Below, one piece after another: positions 40,739 to 50,061 of a DNA stretch of 64,000 bases. The notes beneath the pieces are model-generated. The model worked only from the letters and a program-made list of their open reading frames with translations. It did not search any database and was not told the origin of the DNA. Position 1 is the stretch's first letter, and every line of letters starts with the position of its first letter. This DNA comes from Alphaproteobacteria bacterium (GTDB taxonomy: Bacteria > Pseudomonadota > Alphaproteobacteria > UBA11136). The stretch is taken from contig JASLYJ010000005.1 of NCBI GenBank assembly GCA_030739855.1, forward strand, positions 181 to 64,180, written 5' to 3'. The translations under genes and the position numbers were made by a program.

Positions 40739-41484
40739 GCTTCCGGATCCTTCAGCTGGGGAAGAATTTCTTCCCGAGCACGCTCCACGTCTTCTGGAAA
40801 GTCGATCTCGATCCAAGGAAGGTCCGTCACGTCTTCAAACCCAAAGGTCCCGGAGGGACACTCTACAACAAGGTCCCGAATAGCCTCTTCGTACCATTCC
40901 TCCCCTCTTCCCTCATCCACGTAGGCCTGGGTCCTACTGGCAAGACGCCTCGCGATACCCGGCGAAAAACGGAAAAACCCGACAGACTCCCCGCAAAAGT
41001 CGTAGGTGCTTGCGATCTTCTTGTGGAAATCGACAATCTTACCGTCCCTAATACAAAGCTTCACCGGCTCGTCCCCGGCCTCAAAATCGCGGTCTATGAG
41101 GAAGCAGTTAGCGTTCCCTGAATCCCGCAGGCGCTCGATCATGCGAAAATCACTAAGTACATCGGCATCCATAAGAAGAATTTCATCACCACAACGAAGA
41201 ACGTTCTGGGCCGTCCACAAGGAAAGAATACTGCCCAATCGAAAATCCGGGTTCATGAGGGTGCGCACAAAACCTTCTGCTTTTTGGAGAGACACCGCCT
41301 CCTCTAAGATCTCGGCGTTGTACCCGGTAACGACAACAACTTCCTCCAACCCGCAATGATGTAAAATTTTCAGATGCCGGGAAAGAAGCGTCCTCTCTGC
41401 AAAACGCAGCATGGCCTTTGGCGGATGGTCCTCTCCCAAGCCCAACCGAGCGCCAACGCCAGCTGCAAGGATAATCGCCCTCAT
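40735..41484 (-). CDS. LicC/MobA-like nucleotidyltransferase (cytidylyl/nucleotidyl transfer to a phospho- or phosphono-alcohol)
   Basis: MRAIILAAGVGARLG nucleotide-binding signature. 249 aa. The start is 2 nt after the hpnN stop. Confidence 0.7.
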   Translation of the reverse strand: MRAIILAAGVGARLGLGEDHPPKAMLRFAERTLLSRHLKILHHCGLEEVVVVTGYNAEILEEAVSLQKAEGFVRTLMNPDFRLGSILSLWTAQNVLRCGDEILLMDADVLSDFRMIERLRDSGNANCFLIDRDFEAGDEPVKLCIRDGKIVDFHKKIASTYDFCGESVGFFRFSPGIARRLASRTQAYVDEGRGEEWYEEAIRDLVVECPSGTFGFEDVTDLPWIEIDFPEDVERAREEILPQLKDPEA

Positions 41485-41486
41485 GT

Positions 41487-44183
41487 TCAACCTCTCCCGG
41501 TGCGGGGGAAATAGTGCTCCCGGCAAACCAAAAGGCAAGGCAGAGCTACCAGCGTACACACTAAGGCAAAGGTCAGGGAAATGGCCAAAAGCTGGCCCAT
41601 GCTTGCGGTGCCTAAATGGCTTGAAATGGCCAGAGTGCCGAACGAACACATGGTGGTAAGCGCACTGAAAAGAATGGCCCGTGGCGTATTGGTGGTCATG
41701 ACATCGGCGATAGAATCTGCACTGCGTTCACGCAAAACGAGGTAGATACCGTAGGCAACGCCGAGGCTGAGCAACAGCGGTATCGCGATAATGTTGGCGA
41801 AGTTGAAGGGAATGCCGAAAATCACGGAGCTTGAGGCCGTAAACACTGCGGCCAAAGTTAATGGCAACAGGACAAGAAGCGTATCAATTACACTTCGCAG
41901 CACGATCAAGAGAAGAACAGTGATAGCGACCAGGGATAGAAACCCGGCCTGTTTGAAGGCTGTTGTGACGGCGGCCCCCCCTTCCAGTAAAATAACCGGA
42001 TCTTCGGTGGCGTTGGGAGCCACCTTGCGTATGGCGGTCACGAATCGTCGCAGGGCGTCATTGCTGGTCAGAGCTTCGGAGGGAAAGACCTCCACCAGGG
42101 TGCGGCCATCGGCGGTGATTTTTCGTTGGCGCAAAAGTTCCGGTAGGTCCTCAGCCGCGACCTCCCGGGCATTTAAGGACTGTTGCAGCTTTTCCAGCCG
42201 CTTGGGCAGGGAGGACAACAGCAGCATTTCCAGGTCTTCCAGCGATTGTCCGTTCTCGTGGCTCGATTCTTCGAACCGCGTCAGAGCATTGATCAGCCGT
42301 CTGGCGGGCGCGTCGAGAATGCTCACTAGGGATGTGTCAATGAGGTGTTCCAGGTTTTTCTTTAATTCGGAAACCACCTTTTTGCGCCCATTATTGTCCA
42401 GTGGCCTGTCCAATGGGGAAGCGTCGAGAATGGGAAAAAGGAACAGCGCCATGTCGTCAACCATGAAGAGTTTCTCTTCCTGGTCCTGCGGCACAAAATC
42501 AGCCAAGCTCACCGTGTGATCAACCTGCGGCAAGGCCTCCAGCCTTTGGACAAGGTTTTGCGCCTCCTCCACATTATCGGCGAGAATCTGGATGGTATAA
42601 AAAGACGTTTTGCTGTCCTTCATTAAATCGAGCGCCGTCTGCACGGATTCCGTGGTGGGGTCTTTTAGGTTCATAGGATCGAAATCGAATTGCAGCCGTG
42701 GCAGGAATGCTACGGCAGCGGCAACCCCCAACACCAGCGCCCAAAAGGAAATGCTTTCGGCATGCTCCAGCAGGAACCCAGGCGCCGGGTTTGGTCCCCA
42801 CTTTATTTTTCGCCACCCTTTCCAAGCCGGGAGCAGGCCCTCCCCGTGTTTAAGTGACATTACGGTCAGACAGGCCGGCAGGACCGTAAGATTGGCTAAC
42901 AAAGCGATCATCATGCTGCCGCCGGAAATAATTCCCAGTTCCGACAAGCCAAGATAGTCCGTGGGCACAAACGAGAAAAATCCAATGGCCGCGGCAATAG
43001 CAGCTAGTGTCAACGCGCCGCCGACCCCCGTAGCCGATTCGCGAAGTGCCTCCTCGTGGGACTGGCCGCGATCTACAGCCTCGCGGTAGCGAAGGCAGAA
43101 CTGGATTCCAAAATCCACTCCGATCCCGATAAACAGAACGCCAAAGGCCACGGAAATAAGATTGAGCTGTCCTACGGCGAAGGTGGCGTATCCCCCCGTC
43201 CACATGAGCCCCATAACTAATGTGATCAGAGTCGCCGCGGCAAGACGCAACGAGCCCAGGCCTATGGTCACTAACACGCCCACAAGTATAAGGGCCAGGG
43301 CGACCGCAGCACTTGCCCCTTCGGTGACACTCACCATTTCTTCTTGACTCAGGACCGTGCCACCTGTCAACCGCACCTGCACCCCGTGTTCGGAATCGAG
43401 ATGAAGCGCTCTGGCCGCCGCACGGATGATTTTTACCGCCTGTCTAGCGGGCTGCAGAGAAGATTTGTCAAGTTTTGGTTGCACCAGGATAAAGCGGCGA
43501 AGATCATCTTGTTCCACCTCACCACCCATCATCATCTTGCGCCACGACATGGGACGCGGATTGCCTTCCTGTTGTTTCTCAATAGTTTCGGAAATGTTAT
43601 GAAAAATTCTAACCAGGCGTGAAGGGTCTTCATCGCCCTTGGTCACTTCGTCTATGGCCTCGTTGAGCACGTCGAAAAAACCACGAAGGTTCATATCTCC
43701 TGCCAAGGCTGCCAGCAGAGGTTGGGCATCGGCCAGGCGGTTGGAAAGATCGGCCAACTCGTCTTCGTCCAGGAACAGCAGGCCGTTGGTGATAAAAAAG
43801 GGATTGCTTGCCGGGTCGAAAACGAATTTGAATTCCTCGGTTTCTGTCTTGAGCCGCGCCGCCAGTGCTGCGGTGGCATCCTCCGTTATGTCCGGGGTTT
43901 CGCCTTCCACGACGATGGTGATGTTGTTCCTGAGATTGGGAAAGGCGCGCCTGTATTCGTCGTAAATCTTGCGGAAGGGGAGATCTGAGGACAGCATGTC
44001 CGACGTGGAGGTGTTGATTCTAAGATGCTCCACCGTATAGAACAGCGACATACCGGCGACCGAAGCCGCCACAAGAAGAATTGGGACCGCGGCTTTTCTC
44101 GCAGCATCTACCCAGCACGCAAGAAACCGCAGGTAAGTGTCTCCGAACGCCTTGATCACGCCATAATCCTCATGGAGAAACAC
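41487..44183 (-). CDS. hpnN: Hopanoid transporter, RND/MMPL superfamily, HpnN-type
   Basis: 898 aa with two blocks of 6 transmembrane segments and large periplasmic loops. The N-terminal RINTSTSDMLSSDLPF region is typical of HpnN. GTG start. Confidence 0.85.
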   Translation of the reverse strand: MFLHEDYGVIKAFGDTYLRFLACWVDAARKAAVPILLVAASVAGMSLFYTVEHLRINTSTSDMLSSDLPFRKIYDEYRRAFPNLRNNITIVVEGETPDITEDATAALAARLKTETEEFKFVFDPASNPFFITNGLLFLDEDELADLSNRLADAQPLLAALAGDMNLRGFFDVLNEAIDEVTKGDEDPSRLVRIFHNISETIEKQQEGNPRPMSWRKMMMGGEVEQDDLRRFILVQPKLDKSSLQPARQAVKIIRAAARALHLDSEHGVQVRLTGGTVLSQEEMVSVTEGASAAVALALILVGVLVTIGLGSLRLAAATLITLVMGLMWTGGYATFAVGQLNLISVAFGVLFIGIGVDFGIQFCLRYREAVDRGQSHEEALRESATGVGGALTLAAIAAAIGFFSFVPTDYLGLSELGIISGGSMMIALLANLTVLPACLTVMSLKHGEGLLPAWKGWRKIKWGPNPAPGFLLEHAESISFWALVLGVAAAVAFLPRLQFDFDPMNLKDPTTESVQTALDLMKDSKTSFYTIQILADNVEEAQNLVQRLEALPQVDHTVSLADFVPQDQEEKLFMVDDMALFLFPILDASPLDRPLDNNGRKKVVSELKKNLEHLIDTSLVSILDAPARRLINALTRFEESSHENGQSLEDLEMLLLSSLPKRLEKLQQSLNAREVAAEDLPELLRQRKITADGRTLVEVFPSEALTSNDALRRFVTAIRKVAPNATEDPVILLEGGAAVTTAFKQAGFLSLVAITVLLLIVLRSVIDTLLVLLPLTLAAVFTASSSVIFGIPFNFANIIAIPLLLSLGVAYGIYLVLRERSADSIADVMTTNTPRAILFSALTTMCSFGTLAISSHLGTASMGQLLAISLTFALVCTLVALPCLLVCREHYFPRTGRG

Positions 44184-44280
44184 TTGGTTACACCCAAGAT
44201 TTCAAAAATTCGTGGTATGATCACGCAGTCGTTAATTACCAAAATAGAAGAAATTGTCATAGTCCAAAGAAGGAGTTGAG

Positions 44281-44916
44281 ATGGCGCGTTATCGCCTGAC
44301 AAGCCGATTGGCCATTGTAATCACCTTTGGTTTAAGCGTGCTTATAACGTCTCCGGCCAATGCCGAGCAAGGGCCAGCCCGTCCTATCGTTGAACGCTTT
44401 CATGACACGCTGCTCTTCGTCATGAAGGAAGCAGAGAACCTTGGCTACGAAGGCCGCTTTGAGCGGCTGACCCCGGCTATAAGGGAGAGTTTTAACCTAT
44501 CCTTTATGACCAGCCGTTCGACCGGTTATCACTGGAAGAGGGCTTCCAACGAAGAACACCAGGATCTGATCGACGCCTTTACCAATATGACAATCGCTAA
44601 CTACGCATCACGTTTTGACGGATATTCCGGGGAAATATTTGAAACCGTCGCAGTCAAGGAAGGACCAAGAGATTCTATCATCGTTAAAACCAGGATCGTA
44701 AAGAATGATGGCGAAAAAATCGCCCTGAACTACATGATGCGGGAATTTGGCGGTAAATGGCAGGTTATCGACATCTTTCTTAAAGGCACCTTCAGCGAAC
44801 TGGCCACGCGAAAGTCTGAGTATTCCTCCCTGATACGCGACGGTGGCTTTCCGAAGCTTATCGCCAGCATGAAGAAAAAAACGGAAAAAATCAGGAATAA
44901 GACACTAACTCCCTAA
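44281..44916 (+). CDS. hpnM: MlaC/Ttg2D-like periplasmic lipid-binding protein, HpnM-type
   Basis: 211 aa with a signal peptide (AIVITFGLSVLITSPANA). Family pattern ...W.V.D....G.S...T.R.E. Divergent from hpnN. Confidence 0.7.
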   Translation: MARYRLTSRLAIVITFGLSVLITSPANAEQGPARPIVERFHDTLLFVMKEAENLGYEGRFERLTPAIRESFNLSFMTSRSTGYHWKRASNEEHQDLIDAFTNMTIANYASRFDGYSGEIFETVAVKEGPRDSIIVKTRIVKNDGEKIALNYMMREFGGKWQVIDIFLKGTFSELATRKSEYSSLIRDGGFPKLIASMKKKTEKIRNKTLTP

Positions 44917-45007
44917 CAACACCGCGTGGAACAAAATATGCCGTCTTCGTCACATCCGTATATAATTGCCGAAAGCCTTCGGGAAGGATGACGCAGGCTG
45001 GCAGAAT

Positions 45008-45021
45008 ATGCTGTACAGCAT
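45008..45021. promoter_or_regulatory. Perfect 14-bp palindrome ATGCTGTACAGCAT, 22 nt upstream of the pepM start
   Basis: Read directly from the sequence. It lies immediately upstream of the RBS-like AAGGAACGGAG. Confidence 0.3.
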
Positions 45022-45042
45022 TGTAAGGAACGGAGCGCCGAC

Positions 45043-46707
45043 ATGACAACGGCCGCCAAACCAGCACTTAGTGTCGCCCCAACGCCCCTGTCAAAAGCGG
45101 CGCAGCTGCGCCGTGAACTGACCTCGCCAGAGCTTTCCTTCCTCATGGAAGCTCATAACGGCCTGTCCGCAAAAATCGTCGAAGAAGCCGGCTTCCGCGG
45201 CATTTGGGCATCGGGCCTTTCCGTCTCGGCCACCCTTGGCGTCAGGGACAGCAACGAAGCGTCCTGGACACAAGTGCTTGAAGTCCTGGAGTTCATGTCC
45301 GATGCCACCACCATCCCCGTCCTCGTGGACGGTGATACGGGCTATGGCAACTTCAATAATCTGCGGCGGCTAGTCAAGAAACTGTGCCAGTACAACATCG
45401 CCGGGGTCTGTATCGAAGACAAGCTTTTCCCCAAGACAAACTCTTTTATCGGCGAGGCGCAGCCATTGGCCAACATCGAGGAATTCTGTGGCAAGATCAA
45501 GGCCGGGAAAGACAGCCAGCTTGATGACGATTTTTCGCTCATCGCCCGTATCGAGGCATTGGTAGCAGGATGGGGGATTGACGAGGCTCTGCACCGGGCC
45601 GAGGCCTATCACGCCGCTGGCGCCGATGCCATATTAATTCATTCCAAGCTTTCCACCGCCGACGAGATTCTAGCCTTCAAACATGACTGGGGCGAGAGGT
45701 GCCCAGTGGTGATCGTGCCCACCATGTATTACGAAACTCCCACCGAAGCCTTCAGAACGGCCGGTATCTCCATGGTGATCTGGGCCAACCATAATCTTCG
45801 CGCTTCCATCTCAGCCATGCGTGATGTGTGCCGGAAAATCTGTGAGGAACAGAGGCTGGTGGATATCGAGGATAAAATTACAAGTGTGCAGGATGTATTC
45901 GAACTTGTGGGCAATCAGGAGCTGGCCGAAGCCGAAAGGCGCTATCTAACCTCTACGGAGAAGAAAACCCACGGCATAGTAATCGCGGCCTCCAGGGGTA
46001 GGAAGCTGGGCGACCTTACGGCAGATCAGCCGAAATGCATGGTGGATATCCGTGGTAAACCGCTACTGAGGCGTCTGATCTCGACCATGAAAAAGGGCGG
46101 CGTGCGTGACATCATGGTGGTACGTGGCTACAAGAAGGAAAAGATCAACCTTCCTTCAATCACCACCGTAGACAACGATTCCTACAACACTACGAACGAG
46201 GCCTATTCCCTTTCTTGTGCTCTTCAGCATATTGAGGGCGACTGTGTCTTCAGCTATGGGGACATCCTGTTCCGCCGTTCCATCCTTGATGCCCTCCTAG
46301 CTGCATCGGCCGATATCGTCCTTGCTGTGGATGCCCGTGGACATGGCTTCGATTTCCATGATGTGGAGCGCAAGGTAGACCTGGTGAGCTGCACCCGCTC
46401 CTTCAGCGGCGATTATTTTGAGGAGACCCCCCCCGTCTCAGTGGTGAAAATTGGCAATGACCTACCCAGTGACGACGTCCACGGCGAATGGATAGGCCTG
46501 GCCCGCACCAGCGCCCGCGGCTCCAAGATCATCCAGGAGCAACTCGGCACCATGAAAAAGGACGGATGTCTGGAGACCTCCACCATGCTGGATCTTTTTT
46601 CGAACATCCTCGAGGCTGGACACCATGTGGAAGCCTTGTATGTAGCCGGCCATTGGCTAGACGTAGACGACGCCTTTGATCTCGCCAAGGCGCGGAACTT
46701 CACCTAA
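45043..46707 (+). CDS. pepM: Phosphoenolpyruvate phosphomutase fused to a C-terminal LicC-like nucleotidyltransferase (PntC-type phosphonate cytidylyltransferase)
   Basis: The N-terminal ~290 aa carry the PepM signature [12 protein letters not shown] (EDK-x5-NS) and DGDTGYGN. The C-terminal ~250 aa carry [14 protein letters not shown] and the nucleotidyltransferase fold. Confidence 0.9.
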   Translation: MTTAAKPALSVAPTPLSKAAQLRRELTSPELSFLMEAHNGLSAKIVEEAGFRGIWASGLSVSATLGVRDSNEASWTQVLEVLEFMSDATTIPVLVDGDTGYGNFNNLRRLVKKLCQYNIAGVCIEDKLFPKTNSFIGEAQPLANIEEFCGKIKAGKDSQLDDDFSLIARIEALVAGWGIDEALHRAEAYHAAGADAILIHSKLSTADEILAFKHDWGERCPVVIVPTMYYETPTEAFRTAGISMVIWANHNLRASISAMRDVCRKICEEQRLVDIEDKITSVQDVFELVGNQELAEAERRYLTSTEKKTHGIVIAASRGRKLGDLTADQPKCMVDIRGKPLLRRLISTMKKGGVRDIMVVRGYKKEKINLPSITTVDNDSYNTTNEAYSLSCALQHIEGDCVFSYGDILFRRSILDALLAASADIVLAVDARGHGFDFHDVERKVDLVSCTRSFSGDYFEETPPVSVVKIGNDLPSDDVHGEWIGLARTSARGSKIIQEQLGTMKKDGCLETSTMLDLFSNILEAGHHVEALYVAGHWLDVDDAFDLAKARNFT

Positions 46708-46749
46708 TCCATTTCTTAAACTTTTCCCCATCCAGCTTTTCCCCGCCCC

Positions 46750-47889
46750 ATGATTCCGGCCAGTGAATTTATCAACTCAGCCAAGGGTATCGGTTACGAC
46801 TTCTATACCGGAGTTCCCTGTTCCTTTCTGACTCCTATCCTCAATGGCGTCATCAGTGACCGGAGGCTCGATTATGTGGGTGCGGCCAGCGAGGGCGAGG
46901 CTGTGGCCATCGCTGCTGGGGCGTGGCTAGCGACCCGTAAGACGGTTGTCATGTGCCAGAATTCAGGCCTCGGCAATGCCGTCAACCCCTTGACCTCTCT
47001 CAACCATCCTTTCCGCATCCCCACCCTCTTCATAACTACCTGGCGGGGCCAGCCGGGGTTACAGGACGAACCACAGCACGAGGTCATGGGGCAAATCACC
47101 GACAGGCTGCTTGAGACCATAGCCATACCCCATGACCTATTCCCCGATGAAAGCGACCTTATTTCTCCAGCGCTGGAAAAAGCTGACGCCGTTATGGAGA
47201 AAACATCCCTACCTTTCGCCTTTATCATGAAAAAGGGCAGCCTGCGCGATGATGTACTCCACCAAGCACCGCTCCCCTCCCGGCCGCCGGGAGAGTATTC
47301 TTGCCTTCTAGAAAACGTGGACCGCCCCTCCCGGCAACAGGTCTTGGAGCGTTTTCTGGGATTGGTGCCGGACAAGGCTGCCGTCATCGCCACCACAGGT
47401 AAATGTGGACGCGAGCTTTTCACGCTCAATGACCGAGTACAGCATCTCTACCAAGTAGGATCCATGGGCTGCGCTGCCGGCATGGGACTGGGCGTGGCCC
47501 TGAATACATCCCGGTCCGTGGTGGTTCTCGACGGCGATGGTGCATCACTGATGAAGATGGGTACACTCGCCACCATCGGCGCCTATGCGCCCCCCGGACT
47601 GGTGCACATTATTCTCGATAACGGTGTTCACGATTCCACGGGTGGCCAGGCCACGGTCTCGAAACACGTAGATTTTGCCCAAGTGGCGTTAGCCTGCGGC
47701 TACGCCCGCGCTGCGTCTTGTGACTCCCTTGAGGGGTTCGAACGAGCGTTGGTGAACGCTTCCAACGGCGGGGGGCCAAACCTCATCCATATGCGAATTA
47801 TACCAGGCTCCATGTCGCCGCTGGGCCGGCCCGCAGTGAAGCCTTGCGAGGTGGCTCGCCGGTTTAAGGAGTTTCTTTCCAAGGACTAA
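46750..47889 (+). CDS. ppd: Phosphonopyruvate decarboxylase (ThDP-dependent)
   Basis: 379 aa. FYTGVPCSFL at the N-terminus and the ThDP motif VLDGDGASLM...LDNG. Confidence 0.88.
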   Translation: MIPASEFINSAKGIGYDFYTGVPCSFLTPILNGVISDRRLDYVGAASEGEAVAIAAGAWLATRKTVVMCQNSGLGNAVNPLTSLNHPFRIPTLFITTWRGQPGLQDEPQHEVMGQITDRLLETIAIPHDLFPDESDLISPALEKADAVMEKTSLPFAFIMKKGSLRDDVLHQAPLPSRPPGEYSCLLENVDRPSRQQVLERFLGLVPDKAAVIATTGKCGRELFTLNDRVQHLYQVGSMGCAAGMGLGVALNTSRSVVVLDGDGASLMKMGTLATIGAYAPPGLVHIILDNGVHDSTGGQATVSKHVDFAQVALACGYARAASCDSLEGFERALVNASNGGGPNLIHMRIIPGSMSPLGRPAVKPCEVARRFKEFLSKD

Positions 47890-48998
47890 TGGGAGATGCC
47901 CATTTCCTTCAGAGATGCCCCCACGGCTCCGATGAGGCCGTGTATCTCCTCACTCCCCACCTGGCCGATACAACCAATGCGGAAGGAATCTACCTTGGTT
48001 AGCTTGCCGGGATAGATGACGTAGCCACGGTCACGAAGACGATCGTAAAAAGGGGTGAACTGAAAGTTCGAATCCTGCGGCGTGTGGAAGGTAACGATAA
48101 TCGGCGCCTGCATGGTATCTGGCAGCAGGGTCTCGAAACCAAGCTCCCGCATGCCTTCCACCAGAATTCGGTGGTTTTCCGCATATCGTGCGCCCCTGCC
48201 CGCGACCCCGCCCTCTTCGGCGTGCTGCGCGATGGCGGCATCAAGGGCGGCTATCACATGTACCGGCGGCGTAAAGCGCCATTGGCCGGTTTCCGTCATG
48301 GCCCGCCACTGGTCTTCAAGATCGAGGCAGAGGGAATGGGCGTTTCCGGCCGATTCCCGCAGAGCTTGTTTGCTGGTGATGACGAATCCCAGCCCCGGCA
48401 CACCTTCCAGACATTTGCTGCTGGACGCTATCACCGCCTCGCAGGGCATGGCTTTTACGTCCAGCGGCAAGGCCCCGAAAGAACTCATGGCGTCTATCAG
48501 AAGGCGGCGGCCGCCTTTGGCGACGGCCCGTGCAATATCTTCTAAGGGGTTGAGGATGCCGCTGGTGGTTTCGCAATGCACGGCAGCCACATGAGTGATG
48601 GCAGAATCGCTTTTGAGCTTGGCCTCCAGTGCCTTCACATCCGTGGGTTCATCCTCGGCGTTTTCAAGAACCTCATGGCTACGGCCCAGCACGGCGCAGA
48701 TCCTAGCCATGCGCGCCCCATAGGCGCCATTGACCAGAACCAGCACCTTGCCCTTGGCCGGGACCAAGGTGCCGATGGCTGCTTCCACGGCGAAGGTGCC
48801 GCTGCCTTGAACGGGTACGCAGGCGTATCCGCCTTCCCCGCCAACTAGGGCCACAAGACGCTGACAGACGCGGTTGTTTATTTCCAGAAAAGCCTCATCG
48901 CGGGAACCGCGATCGCGCAGCATCGCTTCGCGTGTCTCGCGCGCCGTTGTCAGGGGGCCCGGCGTCAGAAGCCAGGGATCGTTTTGGTCACCGGTCAT
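47886..48998 (-). CDS. phnW: 2-aminoethylphosphonate:pyruvate aminotransferase (class V)
   Basis: LLTPGPLTT at the N-terminus and the PLP lysine context SSSKCLEGVPG. Convergent with ppd, overlapping it by 4 nt. The start is placed at ATG 48998. Confidence 0.85.
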   Translation of the reverse strand: MTGDQNDPWLLTPGPLTTARETREAMLRDRGSRDEAFLEINNRVCQRLVALVGGEGGYACVPVQGSGTFAVEAAIGTLVPAKGKVLVLVNGAYGARMARICAVLGRSHEVLENAEDEPTDVKALEAKLKSDSAITHVAAVHCETTSGILNPLEDIARAVAKGGRRLLIDAMSSFGALPLDVKAMPCEAVIASSSKCLEGVPGLGFVITSKQALRESAGNAHSLCLDLEDQWRAMTETGQWRFTPPVHVIAALDAAIAQHAEEGGVAGRGARYAENHRILVEGMRELGFETLLPDTMQAPIIVTFHTPQDSNFQFTPFYDRLRDRGYVIYPGKLTKVDSFRIGCIGQVGSEEIHGLIGAVGASLKEMGISH

Positions 48999-49204
48999 GG
49001 GCCACACATCCATAAAACGCCGGCCGGTCGCCACACCATTTTTTTAATTTACAGGGTGCGACGAACCGGTCGATCTAAAGGAATGCGCAGAGTAACCCGC
49101 CAACCTCACCATAAAAAGAGGCCATGGAACAGGGGCAACGAAAAGGAAACCCCTTTTCCATCACAACCCCTCAGGAGAACGGCCGGAGAAACCTCAGCCA
49201 AGCA

Positions 49205-49690
49205 TTAGCAGTCGCGCCCAAAATAGGCCTGCAGAGGCAAACGCCAGTCTTTGGCGCCTTCCCGAACCTCAGCTCCGTTCGCCGTTGTCCGTAGGCGCAA
49301 ATTACGTTTGAACATGTTTCCCCGGCCATTTTGCCTAAGGAAGTTTCTATGCACGAGCAAAGCCTCATTCTCACGCAGAATCGAGCGCTCACGAGCATCG
49401 ACGTCGTAGAAACTACCGTTCTCGTGCTGCAGCGCATGGACGAGCTCATGGGCCAGAATCGACCGGGCGCAGAGGTTTGTTTCCGGCTTCAGCGCAATAT
49501 CCAGATAGACTACGTGAGAGGGGTGATAGAAGCCGAGTACCGGACATTCGTCCTGGCAGGCTAGTTCCACAAGTTTTTCATGGCTCGCGAAGACAACATC
49601 TGGAGCTTTCTCGGGGATCTCGTATCCCGTGTATAGACTAATCCAGGAAAACAGACCTGCCATTAGTGCTTTTGTACTCAGAACTTCCAT
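49205..49690 (-). CDS. Hypothetical small protein with an HExxH metallopeptidase-like motif
   Basis: 161 aa with a hydrophobic N-terminus (ALMAGLFSWISLYTG) and the motif SILAHELVHALQHENG. Confidence 0.45.
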   Translation of the reverse strand: MEVLSTKALMAGLFSWISLYTGYEIPEKAPDVVFASHEKLVELACQDECPVLGFYHPSHVVYLDIALKPETNLCARSILAHELVHALQHENGSFYDVDARERSILRENEALLVHRNFLRQNGRGNMFKRNLRLRTTANGAEVREGAKDWRLPLQAYFGRDC

Positions 49691-50061
49691 TTCGACCTCC
49701 TTCTTCCCCGCAAGGGGATGAAGCTAGTATTTCTTCACCGCTTCTCTCAACCGTGGTCGACCACCGTCAACCAGAACTTAATAACCCAGTAAAAGTGTTG
49801 GTTAATATATGGCTTTCCCCCTGCAACGCAAGTCCCCTGGTAAAAAAAATCACAGGTAGCTTGATTCTAAACATATTTTTTCAAAATATAGAAGAAAAAC
49901 TTTATCCATACCAAGATATAGTGATGTGTTCTCCTTTTGACTGCACGGACTTCTCCTCCTTATCATCTACGCGGGCATGAACGCCGTCATGAAAACTGCT
50001 ATGAACATGGTGGTTTTTCTCTTCCCTTTGAAACTTACATATAATTTCGATTCCCGAAAAA

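Noticed and set aside
41791-42519. A 242-aa plus-strand ORF inside hpnN.
   Set aside because: It is antisense to a convincing RND transporter gene. It is a Ser/Arg-rich shadow frame.
45008-45021. The palindrome upstream of pepM read as an SOS/LexA box, because it contains CTGT...ACAG.
   Set aside because: The gammaproteobacterial LexA box has CTGT and ACAG separated by 8 nt, and the alphaproteobacterial box is a GTTC direct repeat. Here CTGT and ACAG abut, so it is kept only as an unassigned operator candidate.
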